Source: Perkinsus chesapeaki ATCC PRA-425
Taxonomy: Eukaryota > Protista > Perkinsozoa
Length of the DNA: 64,000 nt
Assembly: GCA_013115145.1 (NCBI GenBank)
Contig: JAAPAO010000055.1
Span: 1 to 64,000 of the forward strand
Reading direction: 5' to 3'
In this document: one piece after another, positions 20,365 to 45,563 of the stretch
How the letters are laid out: the number at the start of each line of letters is the position of its first letter
Position numbering within the stretch: the first letter of the stretch is position 1
Position numbers and translations under genes: made by a program
The notes under the pieces: model-generated
What the model was told of the DNA's origin: nothing
The model's input: only the letters and a program-made list of their open reading frames with translations
Database searches by the model: none

Positions 20365-23300
20365 ATGCACCTCACGCCATATCGTCATTACTACCCCGAA
20401 GTGACGCCTCCTCGACCAGAGCCCACCAACACTTCGGCGATAGATGCTCTGCTGGATAAGGCCATTCGTAAGCCGACATCTGCGATGACTGTGGGGGAGG
20501 GACGGGACCAGCAAGAGGAACAAAGGACGAAGGCTGAGGTACTGAGGATGCATGGTAGGACGGCATTCAGCTCGGTAGGGTCTGCTGCTGCGGCTGCTGG
20601 GAGAAGGCAACAACCAAAATATGAAGAAGTATTGCAGGAATGTGGTAATGTCTGGGACGCTGAATTCGGTGATGTCGGCTCAGTTGCGAGTGCGTTTTCC
20701 CAAGCCTGAAGAGCCACCGACGTTCGCTGACGGTCGAGCGATCAGGGTGATCATGGAAGCTTGCGGGGAGCCTTCCTCGGGTGCCTGTGTCACGCCCAAC
20801 ACGGCGCTTCGAACCCCAGCAAGACCGCCGTCGGGTCGAGGAGGCGCATCCGAAACTCACCGTGAGAAAATTAAGTTGCTGAAGTGAGCCCACCGCCCCT
20901 GTTACTCAAAATGACATCGAAATCAGATCGACCCTTCGAGATTGGTCGGCTGGTGCAGCGTCGGCCTCTCGGAGGAGGGAGGCGGCGGAGCGTCTTGCTG
21001 CCGTACTGGCTGGTTCACGGGTCCTAAACCGATTGAAGGGTGGTGCTTTGAAGCACTGGCGAAGCTACGTTCGCGGCCAGGCCTACCTGGAACGAGTTCA
21101 GCTTCGTTTCGCTCGCAAGGGAGATCTAGGGCCGTCGGCAGTTCTCTTGTGGCAGTATCCCGCCTGCATTATCGCTGCCTTTGGCAAGTGGCGACGCTGG
21201 ACCCACTGGGCTCGAATAGATGCCATGCGAGCAGCGAGCGTTCTCCAAGCGGTGGCGCGTAGGAGGAGCCTGCGCGGTGGAATGAGGAGGCTAAGGCTGT
21301 TGAGTAGGGTAATAGCACGGGCGGAGGGGAGGAGACTGGGGCTCCTCAAATCCACTTTAAGAGGCTTCAAGAGCAATCGAGAGCGCGCTATGGCCTACAG
21401 TGAAGTAGGGCGTCGACGGCCTTTAGGGAGGACCTTTAGTAGCTGGATCACTCTGACGGACTTGGCACGGAGAGCTCGCATAGCTTCAGCTGCTTCAGCG
21501 GACATGTTGTTCTTGAAGAGGAGTGTTGGAGGTCAGAGGATACTACTGGCGATCTATCCTCTACTACTGACTCGGCTAACGGCGGCTGTCAGTCAATGGA
21601 GAACCAGCTCGAAGTCGCTGAGTGTTTTGGTGAAGATCGAGAGACTGAGAATGCGGCACGAGGAAAGCATCGGCAAACTTGGTGGAAGGCTCGACGAGCT
21701 GTCGGTGCTGGTGGAGCACGAGAAGAACCGCAACGGTCAGATGGAGGCTTACCTGAAGCATGTTATAGAAGAGACTCGCAAGAAGTTACAGCAGGCTCAG
21801 GGGGAATACGAACAGTTGTTTGAGGAGCATCAGAATTCAGTGGCGAAGCTTAAGGCAGAAAAGCTGGAAATGGAGGAAGCGCGGCGGCGGTGGAGGTCAT
21901 CGGCGGTCTACGTGCTCGGCAGGGGAGCCTCTTCGATCCGGCCACCAGTGGTTGCTGTTCGGGACGTATTTGGTGCTTGGATGGAAATGAAGAGCATCGG
22001 TTGTAGGGCATCTGTCAGGCTTGCGAGGCTTGGAGAGCGTCTCTGGCAGGAGGGGAGGGCGGGCGATATAAGTATGCTTAAGAGAGCTCTGAGGGTGGCA
22101 GCGATGGACAGAAAGCTGTGCGTAGAGCGAATCGCGGAAGGAGCGGATCTGCTGTGGCTGTGCACTTTCCGTTCGAGGCAGATTGCGGCCTTCGACGCCC
22201 TCCGGACTTGCCGTCCATCGCCCACCTCCATCGCGAAGCGTCATGCAGACCGAGTGGAGGCGGCCGTCCTACGAGTTCTCGGCAGGTGGCATCTCAGAAG
22301 CGCCTTGGCACGGTGGCGTACCGTCGCTGCTCGGATGGCAAGGAATGAGATTGCCACGCGGGTGTTGGTTCGAGCCATCAGTCGACTTGTCGTCCGTCAG
22401 CTGATCTCGCTAGTCAGAGAATGTCGAGCCAGACTAGCTGCGGGCCGGAGGGATGCCGAGCTCCGGTTGAGACTGGTCACTAGGCTGGCGGGTGTCCTCC
22501 AACGTATTCACCTCCGCGATGGTTTGTCCCTCTGGAGGGCCTCGACCCGTCACCACGCCTACAGCAGAGCCTCGTTGGACGCATTCCGAAGACAGCGAGC
22601 GATCAGATCTGTGGTGTCTTTGACAGGCAACAACCAATCACGGCGGGTCTACTGGAGTATCCTGTTCGAGGCCTGTAGACTATCTCGAGAAGAACGACAA
22701 ACCCGAATCAGTAGATCGATCGAAACCAGGCAGAAGTCGTTACTACGCCTGGTATTGGCGGCATGGTCCTCACTCCACCGTCAAGCCCGAGCTACTCAGC
22801 TTCTGGCGGCGGTAGTATCTCGTTTAGCTGGAGACAGACTGCAGGTGGCCCTGGCCATGATGGTCCGGCGGCGATGGTCCTTTTTGGTCGGCCGGCTGTC
22901 GCTTCTGGTTCTTGCTGGAAGGCTTCAATTCGTCCTGCGTCGGAGCCTCCTCGGCTACTTGAGTCGATGGCGGTCTGTGGTGCATCAGGAGCGGCATTAC
23001 CATCTTGTCCGACGAGTCATGTCAAATTCTCGGAGGACCAGACTAAAGCGAACGGCGCTATGTCGGCTGCGAGCATTTGCGAGGTTCTGCCGACTTCTTT
23101 CGACCCTCGCTGCGGTGCTGTCACGCGTCGTGGTGCGCTCTGGGTTGTCGAGGCTCCGCAAACAAGTGATGAAGTGTCGAACGGCAAGGTTCCTATCCAG
23201 CACGGTGCAGCAAGTAGCTCGCAAAAACAGAATGCAGCAAACGGCTCTGGATTTCGTCGCGCGTCTGAGTGATGAGGCTGGCCGGGAGCGGGTGAAGGTT

Positions 23301-24802
23301 TCGTTCCTGGCGTGGCGCGGGTATATCGAACATATAAAGATGAAGCTGGCCTCGGGTATCAACCGCATCGCCTGGAATCACCACCGTGCTGTGCGGCAAG
23401 CCTGGATGGAGTGGATAGGCTTCGTCGGTACGCAGCTGAGGAGCCAGTCGGTTTGGGCGGCCACCAGGCAAAAGCGAGAGTTCGCCCTCTCGATGGGGCT
23501 TGTGGTGCTGGCCAAGATACTCGAGCGCCTGAGGTAATATCGTTTCCTCGTAGAGTTGAAGAGGATCTCCTGCTCAGAGCCAAACTGTACGGTATCGGCT
23601 TTGCTGCTATTGCTGCTTACTCTTCTCGACTTCGAGGAAGGGAGGACGCCAAGCACCTTTGGCAGGGAGAGCTGCAGGCTGCACAGGAGGTACGACTACT
23701 GTGTGACCCTTGGCCACTATCGGGGAGACCAAATGCCGGTAGATTTGTCGCTTCGGTGCTTTCCATTATATACCAGTTCACTTTGCTGTGTGGGGAATAT
23801 CTCGCGCTGAAGCATGAGAAAGGTTATGCATGTCATTTTTCAGGAGGTACGATATGCCGAAGATCGAACAAGGGAATACGCCCAAAAGCTGCAACGAGCT
23901 CACGAGGAGATCCGCGAAGTCCAGCTGAGCTCCCAAGGGCATCTTAGGTCGATTAAAGACTGGGAGCAACGTCTGAAACAACAGGAGGTGTCGCACTCTG
24001 AAGAATTGGCTACCATGAGACAATCACTCGCGGCGGTGCAACACACTCTTAAGAACGAGAGAGATGCCAACGTGCAGCTGCGCCTCGAAGCAGGTCAATC
24101 CGAGGCTCGAATTGAGGTACCTAACTGCACGTGTTAAAAGGCAGCGTGCTTTCCGAAGGCGCTGGCTCGGGACGTCGAGAGGGAGAGCAGAGATCGGATG
24201 GTGCTGGCTGGCGAGGTTACAAGGCTGCGCTCGAGCGAGGTGGACATGCTATCGGCTAAGCGCGAAATAGAGGCCATAGAGGCCGGCAAGCGAGAGGCCG
24301 ACGAGCGGGCTCGACATTATGAGGAGGAAATCAAACAGTGTGAAATGCAAGTGCACTCCGGTAACTGTCGATTAGCAGGTTACGCGATACCTTATCTGAT
24401 TGGAAGCTGAAGGCCGAGACACAGAAGGAGGATGGTCATCACATTCGAAAGCTCCATGAGAGGCATAGTTTCTATAAACAGAAATGCACCCTCCAAGAGC
24501 ACCAGGTAAATGCCAGCTCCGGCTCGCGAGTGAGTCATCCGCAGATAAGTGGCCTACGGAGCCGACTGGATAACGTCGAAGCCGAGCTACGTGAAAGCCA
24601 TCGAGCCCTTATCGAATGGCAGCAACATTCTGTCGACATGTTAAACCTCGGTCCGCCGCATCAACCTGGAGGAGGCATGCAAACCACGGCATCTCTACCA
24701 AACTTCACAGCCAGCAGCCCTGGAGGGCTCTCGACGACGACGGCCCTTGCCAGCCTGGCGGAGGCTATTGAACGCGTAAGCTACAGGAGAGTGGAGGGTT
24801 GA
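20365..24802 (+). CDS. Sfi1-like (Trp-repeat, putative centrin-binding) coiled-coil protein, multi-exon
   Basis: 834-aa exon 21033-23537 with recurring L/F-x-x-W helical repeats (AAFGKWR, RTFSSWI, DVFGAWM, SALARWR, VSFLAWR, RQAWMEW) plus heptad coiled coils. Further coiled-coil exons run to 24802; the 5' exons are uncertain. Confidence 0.55.
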
Positions 24803-25024
24803 GCAGTTGTCTTGAAGGTATCCCTCGGCGATGCTCGTCCATCACCCAAGCCGAGGCCGATGCCGAAACGATTTGCACGGTCGATGCGGGGAAGAGGCAT
24901 GTAACAGTTTCCATGATACTTTCAATTAAAACACGGCGTTGTATTCATTGACTAAATGCACAACACTGAGGAATCCTGAAAAATCTGTAAAAAATGGACT
25001 TCACTGTTCCCTCATGAAAACCGC

Positions 25025-25804
25025 TTAAAGATCGTCCTCCTCCTCAACCTCCACAATATCGGGATCGACCTGAAATGACACTTCCATCCAGATTAACTCG
25101 AGACAGGCCTACGTTCTTGTTATGCTCCGGCTCGGTGGAATCATCATCAAACAACGGATCATTATCGTCTTCATCCTCCTCATCCTCTACAACGCTCCCA
25201 CCAACGCCTTTACCGTTAATAGCGATGAGCTCAACATCAAAGACAAGTGTGGCATTTCCCGGGATCTTCTCGCCGGATCCGAAAGATCCGTACCTGACAA
25301 GGCCCAGTTGCACGGTGTAGAGGCCAGCCGAACCTCACCCTAGATTGGAGGGGATGGTCAAACGTCTGAGCTCGCCGGGGCACATGCCGATGATGCCCAA
25401 GTCCCAGCCTTTAATGACCTAAATGGACTCTCAGTGGCATCTCTTAATCGATGCTTGGCCTACCATTCCCTGGCCTAAAGTCAGCTTGAAGGGCTCCTTC
25501 CGATCGCGGCTGCTGTCGAACTTGTGAGCGGTAGATCTCAGCCATCCAGTGTAGTGAACTGACACCTCATCCCCTGTCCCAGCGGGCTTATCACATGGGG
25601 TTTCCGGACGGCGCCTGAATTGGGGAGCTGGACAGACAAGGCGAGGGAAGGGCCTCCTTACTTGACGCCGATGCGAAGACTGGCATCTGGATCCAGATCA
25701 GGGCGGGGCTTTGGCGCCACATCCCCCTGCTGCTGCTCCTCCTCCTCACAGAAAGCGAGAAGGGCCAATGAGAAGACGGCAATAATGCCACGAAGGATGA
25801 ACAT
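25025..25804 (-). CDS. FKBP: FKBP-type peptidyl-prolyl isomerase with signal peptide (ER type)
   Basis: Signal peptide [19 protein letters not shown]; motifs [51 protein letters not shown]; spliced end [14 protein letters not shown]. Confidence 0.9.
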
Positions 25805-26046
25805 GATTAAACGTTCGGAAAACTGAGACTCTCCGCAGTCAGCGACGGCGCTGTTATTAATCAACTGGAACAGTGCCGTGCGCATGCGTGCAAAACCATG
25901 CGTGCAAATTCGCGCGCGCGTCATCAAACTCGAGATCTCTTTTTGTTGAAACGCATCTTAACCAGTCGGATAGATCCGTCACCGTCACAACACGCAAGAG
26001 CCGCTGGCAGCGACAGTGTCGGACGCCATCATCATCATTTCGGTGT

Positions 26047-27731
<1,685 letters not shown>

Positions 27732-28685
27732 ACTGTTAACAAAGTCGCCACTGAAATATACTAATCGAGGTCGAATTGAAGCACTAGGAACTCGAGAAAG
27801 CAGTTGATGACAGCAAGCCGGGGCGGAGTCCAGCAGTAGGAAGGCAAATGGTAACATCATATAATACCGGATGAATACGTGGAGGAATTAGCTGCCGTTA
27901 AAGTAAGGCAGGAGATCAGGCAATTGGGCGGCCTCTGAGGGCTTGGAATCAACCTAATTTAGTATCTTCCATGTTGACCTTAAGATACTCCCTTACTTCA
28001 GAGGTTTTTAATTTAAGGTGAGCTACGGTCGTGGAAGCTGCGGTCTCTAAAGTGAGCCAAGTAGATCGGTCGCACTTCTTTCCGCTGACGCGAGCCACTG
28101 CCAAGAACTATTTCAGATTTGCCGCTTTGAATTAATACCATATTTCCCCCGAATTCCCTCCGTTATAGGCGTGTCGGCGAGGATCTTTGCATGCTGGGCG
28201 ACGGGAGAAGCGGGCGCCATTAGTATATGACGCTTAGCTACTAGGTAGGAGAGAATATCTAAGGTCGATGCGAGACAAATGAAACGGTAAGATACTCTCT
28301 TCGAAACTTCCCCTGTGTGGACAACAACATCCTATCGAGCCTTCAGTTTCCATCGGACGGCATGATCGGCGAACGCGTAATTACTTGGCGCGCAAGAATT
28401 TCGGATCAATCTCCGCCGTGAAGGCCAATCAGAATCGCGGCAGACGACCACCACTGGAAAAGTGCGTTTGTTGCCCTTCAGAGGTTTATTAGCGTGGATC
28501 TATTCAGAGCAATCGGGGTTAGGATCCAAACTATACTCACCTTGAGATTCTTCAGAGGTCGATTAATGACCCTTCCCAATTTTATCAACTATTCCATTCT
28601 TTATTCGTCCATCAAATTCCAGAGGCAATTGTGAGGTTCAGATGGCTGGTGAATCATTCGGGCATGGCAGTGGTTTATCGTATAA

Positions 28686-29476
28686 ATGCCAGCAACTCCT
28701 ATGCAGGACGCGATCCCCTTCGATCGCCGATTGGCTGAAGCAAGACGTATCCTACAGAAGTATGCTGACCTCTGTGGAGTATCTTTGCGCACTATAAAGA
28801 TTTTGTCAGGTATCCCGACAGAGTCCCGGTGATCGTTGAAAGGGCGGAGCGTTGTGATCTGCCAGAGATTGAGAAAAAGAAGTTCCTCGTGCCCGGCACG
28901 ATGCTCTGTGGCGAATTCAAGTAACCCGGTACCCACTTTGACCATCCTCCTCGGATACCTGCCAAACTTCGGGAGTCTTCGGCGCACCTAGAGCTCAGTT
29001 CATCACTCCCATATCGTGAATACGTCGTAAAGTATTGGTAAAGGAGGAACACGATAAGGACTATGGAAAAGTGTTTCGCCGAACGCTGTAATGTGAAGAA
29101 GCACAACTTCACCGTTTTGGCGAATTTCTTGGCATTAGGCAATCGTGTGCATTCATTTCAACACTGGAAATGATGCTATGGGAGTTTCACTGTACAGCTG
29201 CCTCCGATCATCAGATACATCGTTCACAAGCATATCACTCAAGCTGCTGAGAACAATCTTGCATCGGGCCAGGGGGGGTCTCAGGGCATCTCCGCAGAGC
29301 AGACCATATATCTCTTCGTGAAGAAGAAGACTCCGAGGACAGGTAGAGCTGGCTGTGGCCATCTAGAGGGTATCTTATGGTCAGGGTCTATGATGTCGGA
29401 GCTGTACGATGCTCATAAGGACGATGATGGATTCCTTTATCTGACTTACTCTGCGGAGAACACGCTTGGGAATTGA
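28686..29476 (+). CDS. ATG8: Autophagy protein ATG8, 4 exons
   Basis: Spliced [53 protein letters not shown]...TIYLFVKK...[19 protein letters not shown]. Confidence 0.93.
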
Positions 29477-30019
29477 TGGTTCTGATTTTACCTTGATAGA
29501 TATCTGGAATGATGTTATTTATTGCACGCTGTCACTTTGGTTCTGGTAATAGTAGTTGCGGAGGAGGAGGCTGTGTGGTGAACTGTAGAAGATACTTGAT
29601 ATTATTGTTAACATTTTTATATGAAGACCATGAATTTCTGAGGGAGGCTTACGTCGACGACATGCCCTGTTGTAACACTTTACCCCTTGTTATAAGGAGT
29701 AAGCTTGGTGTAGTGGATAGAGGCGTCGTCTGTCTCTCTAGCGGCCCCGGTTCAATTCCTGCATGTGGTACATAATTGCGGCAGGCGTTACCGACACTCA
29801 TCAAGAGCTCCTTAAGGCTGTCGTCAGCTGCCTCCCATTTATTGTCATACCATCTTTTGTAACACTTATCATCAGCTTTGAGTTGTAGTAACGAAATCAT
29901 TACTTAAAAGCAACATCTGTCGAGTACCGAGAAGGATGGATCCCGTCTAGGTTGTTTCGGCCGCTTTCCATGATCGGCCCACGGCTAGTTTTGGCAACTC
30001 GAACGCTGAGCTTGTCTGG

Positions 30020-30537
30020 TATGCTGCGCGGCAGAGCACATGTAGTTGGGCTCTCTGGACGTATCTGGCGTACTGGAAAAAATAGATTCAGGTTGTCGCG
30101 GCGACCTCTAGTCGATCGTTTTCGTCGTGGTGGCATAAGTGGGTTGACGGCACCAATCCTGAGGACTGGACGCGGAAAGCTACGGCAAATTTTTTGCGGT
30201 CTCAGAAGGTTAAACGGGTGCCCCCAAGGTGAGCTAATTTGTATCTTTCAGATTGATCCTTACATCCTGGAGCAGGCGGATCTCGAGAACTGGCGGCGCT
30301 GGTAGGGTGATGGATTGTAGACGGCGGATGGGTCCGGCGAGCAGGTTCATGACAGAGGTGCAGTATTTTGCCGGCGACCGGGAGGCCGTACCGTTGAAAG
30401 AGCGAATAGAGAAAGCACGCGAGTTGGCGGCATCAAAGCATCAGGTAGCAAATGGTGGCGCGTGGAGCGGCGAGCTCGAGGCGGGTCAGGCAAAGCTGGA
30501 CAAGCTTCGACGGCACTATCCACTAGAGCAAGAGTGA
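30020..30537 (+). CDS. Small hypothetical protein (spliced)
   Basis: Open frames SSWWHKWVDGTNPEDWTRK and FMTEVQYFAGDREAVPLKERIEKARELAA flank a GT-AG pair at about 30229-30251; no family recognised. Confidence 0.3.
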
Positions 30538-31010
30538 TGCCATGCTTTACTGCTGCGGAGGTGATGGTTTCTGTGAAGTACAGGGGTTGGGTTGCTGTAG
30601 TTTATGGGCGAAGTGCTTCGCCCAGGGAGAGGAGACAGAGGGCTTCGCCACCGCCTTGCCATGGAGCTGTCTTATGTATCCTAGGAAGAAGAACTAGTCT
30701 TATATAATAAAAGATACTAACAACTCGATGAGCGTGAACTAGTAAACACTTGAGGCTCGCTACGTGGTTGCATGGTTGCTGGAGTGAGACGGTACGCGCC
30801 AGGAGACCATCCGCCCGCCGTTCGGCGAATGGAGCTCCTCTGCCTGGAGGGAGTTCGGCAAAAGGGGATATCGCCCGTGGTGATTGCTTTCGCATTCTAG
30901 CTTTCCATTCAAATAGGCCATTCCAGGGGCAAGGCGGCAGACGTTCACCCGGGATCCAGGGAGGTACCGTACTTTATGGTTCAAATGTCGAGTTCAGTTG
31001 GTTTCATCTC

Positions 31011-42465
<11,455 letters not shown>

Positions 42466-42785
42466 GCTCTGCTACTGCCGCCTAATGCTTGGCATGGTTC
42501 TTCTCGCAGGTACGGACCAGTCGTTCAGTTTTACACTCAGACCAACAGTAGTTGATTTTATTGACTTTTATTCGCCGAATGATGTTTACTCTCTCTCTTT
42601 AGCCTTTCATCGGCTCCCATTGTATCATCGGAGTTGTGTAGTTAATTATTACCAGAATAGTTGTCCTCGCCGGGGATCGAACCTGCGCGATGTAAAAAGC
42701 GCGCGCCCTGCTGATTTTTCCATTTCCTCTTGTCACCAACCGTGCTTTCGATGGCGCGATGTTACTATGCCCTTTCAGTCTTAGT

Positions 42786-45563
42786 ATGTTGCCATTAAGT
42801 GTCGAGGCCGGACACGAGGATGGCATTGTTTTACCGAACTTCTCATATGGAGATGACTACCGGCCCCCTCAGCCTTCCACCCAGCAACACAGAAGAAGGC
42901 TTGGACTTGGTCGCCCGACACTGGAACGCTACACCACACTAGCCTCTAAAATTGTACTATTTCTCGGGTGCATAGTGGCGGCCCTGTCCGTTTTAATGGT
43001 CGTGGTATCACCTATAGGGCTGGGTAAGGAGGTCAATTGCACCAGGTCACATGAGATGCGGGGCGATAGATATGCGTGGACTGGGTTGACTAGTAGTGAC
43101 GAGGATTTTGTAAGCCGTTATTCTGGCAGTGAATTCAAGTATGGTATTAAGCAGTTCGGTAGAGTAGATCCCGTGACGGGTAGTATAGAGTATAGAAATG
43201 TGACCGGTATATTATCAGAAATTGAAGCTACAAATGAGAGCACACAAGTGTTGTTATTATTGCATGGTAACAGGGGCACTTACGGCAACTTTGATGAGCT
43301 GGCAGCTACACTTTATCGGGATTGGTCCGCGGAAGACGGTCTCCAGCGGACTATGGTATTGGCTCTCGATTTTTACGAGGAGCCCAATGCCTTCCATCCG
43401 TCGGTCGTCGAGGCTCAGGCGGACTTTGCTCGTGGTGTAATGGCCGGCGTTTGCACTAGGGGTATCTCCTGTGCCATTGTGGGTCATAGTATGGGCGGAG
43501 TTGTGGCCTCTATAGCGATCTCTAAGTCCAGTAAGGATATTGTGGCCAACGTGGTAGCGTTGGTGACGGTGTCGGCACCATTGAAAACCCATCCGGCTAT
43601 GTTGGACTTTGGTTGGCAGCGAGTTTATGACGAAGTTCGAAGAGGGCTTGAGATGGTCCCCGTAGTGAGCATGACTGGTGGGGCAGCAGACTGGCAAGTT
43701 CCTATGGAGGACACTAAAGTTGATGGCCTTCCTCGGTTCCGATGGGCCCTGATGCCAGCGAGTGAGGGGGTGTATTCCCAAGGAGACCACATTGCAGTTA
43801 TGTATTCTTATGAAGTACTCACCTATCAAGTAGTCCCAGCGATCGCTCGAGCGTTTAAATGGGACAAGGAGGAGGCCGTGATCGGTAGTAATGAGGATTT
43901 GGCCCAGTGGGTGACCAGTGTGGATCGGCCAGCACGGCGGATGGCCTTCGATGAGAAGTTGGATATGCCCGGAGACATGGTAGTACAGGTGAAGCCAGTG
44001 GGAATGGGTAGCATCAGACAGATGTGGAATAGATATTTGGTGATAAATGCAGCTGAGAAAGGCGGAGCGGTGTTGGCGCTTCGCCGGGAAGCTCGCCACG
44101 GTAACTGTCCGGAAGTTAAATCCCTCGATTTCGACACCCGGGAGTTTCCTATGGTCCCAGCTCCCGAGCTATGCGAACATTGCTTCAAGCCGGCGAACCA
44201 GTCTGCTGTGATTTCGCTGTCGGGTCGGATTCTGCGCCTTACGAAGGTGCGAATTCGCGGTGCTATGTGGTGCATGTCGCCGCCTCTGGGGCCCGAGGTT
44301 GGGGCTGTGTTGGTTCCGCCGGGCCCCGGCTTCCAAGTAGGTCTAGCTCACCCCGGTGTAATGAAGTTGAAAGCAAGTAGTCCTTATAAGCAGTACGAGA
44401 TGAAGGTTAGAACGCAGAATGGCGGCATGCACTTTGCTTGTTTATCGAGCGATCTGAGCATCAGTGGTGACGAGAATGCCATCCTGTCCGCTGCGGAGTC
44501 GTCGATTACCTCCGGTTACTCTTTGGTGATGGCTCCCTCAGTCTTGAAGGGAGACGGTCAAAGACGACGAGGGTCGACTGGTTATGACACACTAGTGGTC
44601 ATATCGGCTTCTAATAGAGTAGGCAACATTACTGTTGATTATAGTAAAGCCCGCGTGCCCACACTTATGCGGATGTTACTTACTAGCTGGCCCTATCTAT
44701 TGGGGTCATTGCAGGTCCTGCTGGCCCTGCAGGTCCTGTTTTCCGCCACTGCTACCCCTTCCAGAGCTACTTCAACTATTTCCCCAGTCGCAGTGGTATC
44801 ATATTTCCTTTTATCTACACTATTTATACCATTATTATTATCTACAAGTACTTTATCTCTGGTACTTATGTCATTATATGCATTAGTTCTCCATGCAGGA
44901 GCATACGGGTGCCTAGGCCTAATCAGCAGCCGGGGGCCCAACCAGAGGAAGAGCCGTTACTCTGTGGAGGATGGCGACATCCCTCTGGAGCAGTTCTCGT
45001 ATTCACCAGCTCCTTCTAAGCGTTCGTTCGTACATTACCTTGCATTGTCATCTTCTTTCGTCCTCTATCTCGTGCTGTTTCTACTATGTCCGGGCATATT
45101 CGGTCACCTGGCTGCATTGGTCATAGGCTTCTGGTCTATGAGGCATAGCCCTTGTGAAGGAGCTCGACTAGCGGTGCTTGTATTGCTGCAGTCGTTTGCC
45201 ATCAACTCCCTTCAATTCCTTTATACTGTCACTGCATTCCTGTCTAAGTTCCTGGCTGACAGGCCACACTCCATGGTAGGAGTCAGCCCTCTTGCCCCGG
45301 GGATTCCAGACGGCTGGGCTCTACTGGACGGGGCCGCTACAGCGGTGATGCCTATGGCTCTCGCTCTATGCCTTCTTGGTATTAGTAGCAGTAAAAGTGC
45401 CATGGGCAGTGTTGTCACTAGAGCGTCTATGATAATGGCTAGGGGCTGCCCGAGTCGGCTACCTATGGTTCTCATCATCACGGCGATAGCAGTGTCTTCA
45501 GCTGTCGGCTCTGGCTACTGGGATCTTCCTCTCTATTTCATGACAATAGCGTCTCAGTGGTAA
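42786..45563 (+). CDS. PGAP1: GPI inositol-deacylase (PGAP1/Bst1-like), intronless
   Basis: N-terminal TM, alpha/beta-hydrolase LLLHGNRG and GHSMGG nucleophile motif, multiple C-terminal TM segments. Confidence 0.85.
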   Translation: MLPLSVEAGHEDGIVLPNFSYGDDYRPPQPSTQQHRRRLGLGRPTLERYTTLASKIVLFLGCIVAALSVLMVVVSPIGLGKEVNCTRSHEMRGDRYAWTGLTSSDEDFVSRYSGSEFKYGIKQFGRVDPVTGSIEYRNVTGILSEIEATNESTQVLLLLHGNRGTYGNFDELAATLYRDWSAEDGLQRTMVLALDFYEEPNAFHPSVVEAQADFARGVMAGVCTRGISCAIVGHSMGGVVASIAISKSSKDIVANVVALVTVSAPLKTHPAMLDFGWQRVYDEVRRGLEMVPVVSMTGGAADWQVPMEDTKVDGLPRFRWALMPASEGVYSQGDHIAVMYSYEVLTYQVVPAIARAFKWDKEEAVIGSNEDLAQWVTSVDRPARRMAFDEKLDMPGDMVVQVKPVGMGSIRQMWNRYLVINAAEKGGAVLALRREARHGNCPEVKSLDFDTREFPMVPAPELCEHCFKPANQSAVISLSGRILRLTKVRIRGAMWCMSPPLGPEVGAVLVPPGPGFQVGLAHPGVMKLKASSPYKQYEMKVRTQNGGMHFACLSSDLSISGDENAILSAAESSITSGYSLVMAPSVLKGDGQRRRGSTGYDTLVVISASNRVGNITVDYSKARVPTLMRMLLTSWPYLLGSLQVLLALQVLFSATATPSRATSTISPVAVVSYFLLSTLFIPLLLSTSTLSLVLMSLYALVLHAGAYGCLGLISSRGPNQRKSRYSVEDGDIPLEQFSYSPAPSKRSFVHYLALSSSFVLYLVLFLLCPGIFGHLAALVIGFWSMRHSPCEGARLAVLVLLQSFAINSLQFLYTVTAFLSKFLADRPHSMVGVSPLAPGIPDGWALLDGAATAVMPMALALCLLGISSSKSAMGSVVTRASMIMARGCPSRLPMVLIITAIAVSSAVGSGYWDLPLYFMTIASQW

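Noticed and set aside
28601-29362. Minus-strand ORFs over ATG8
   Set aside because: Antisense shadows or intron translations.
43257-44099. 280-aa minus-strand ORF
   Set aside because: Antisense shadow of PGAP1, with no recognisable motifs.
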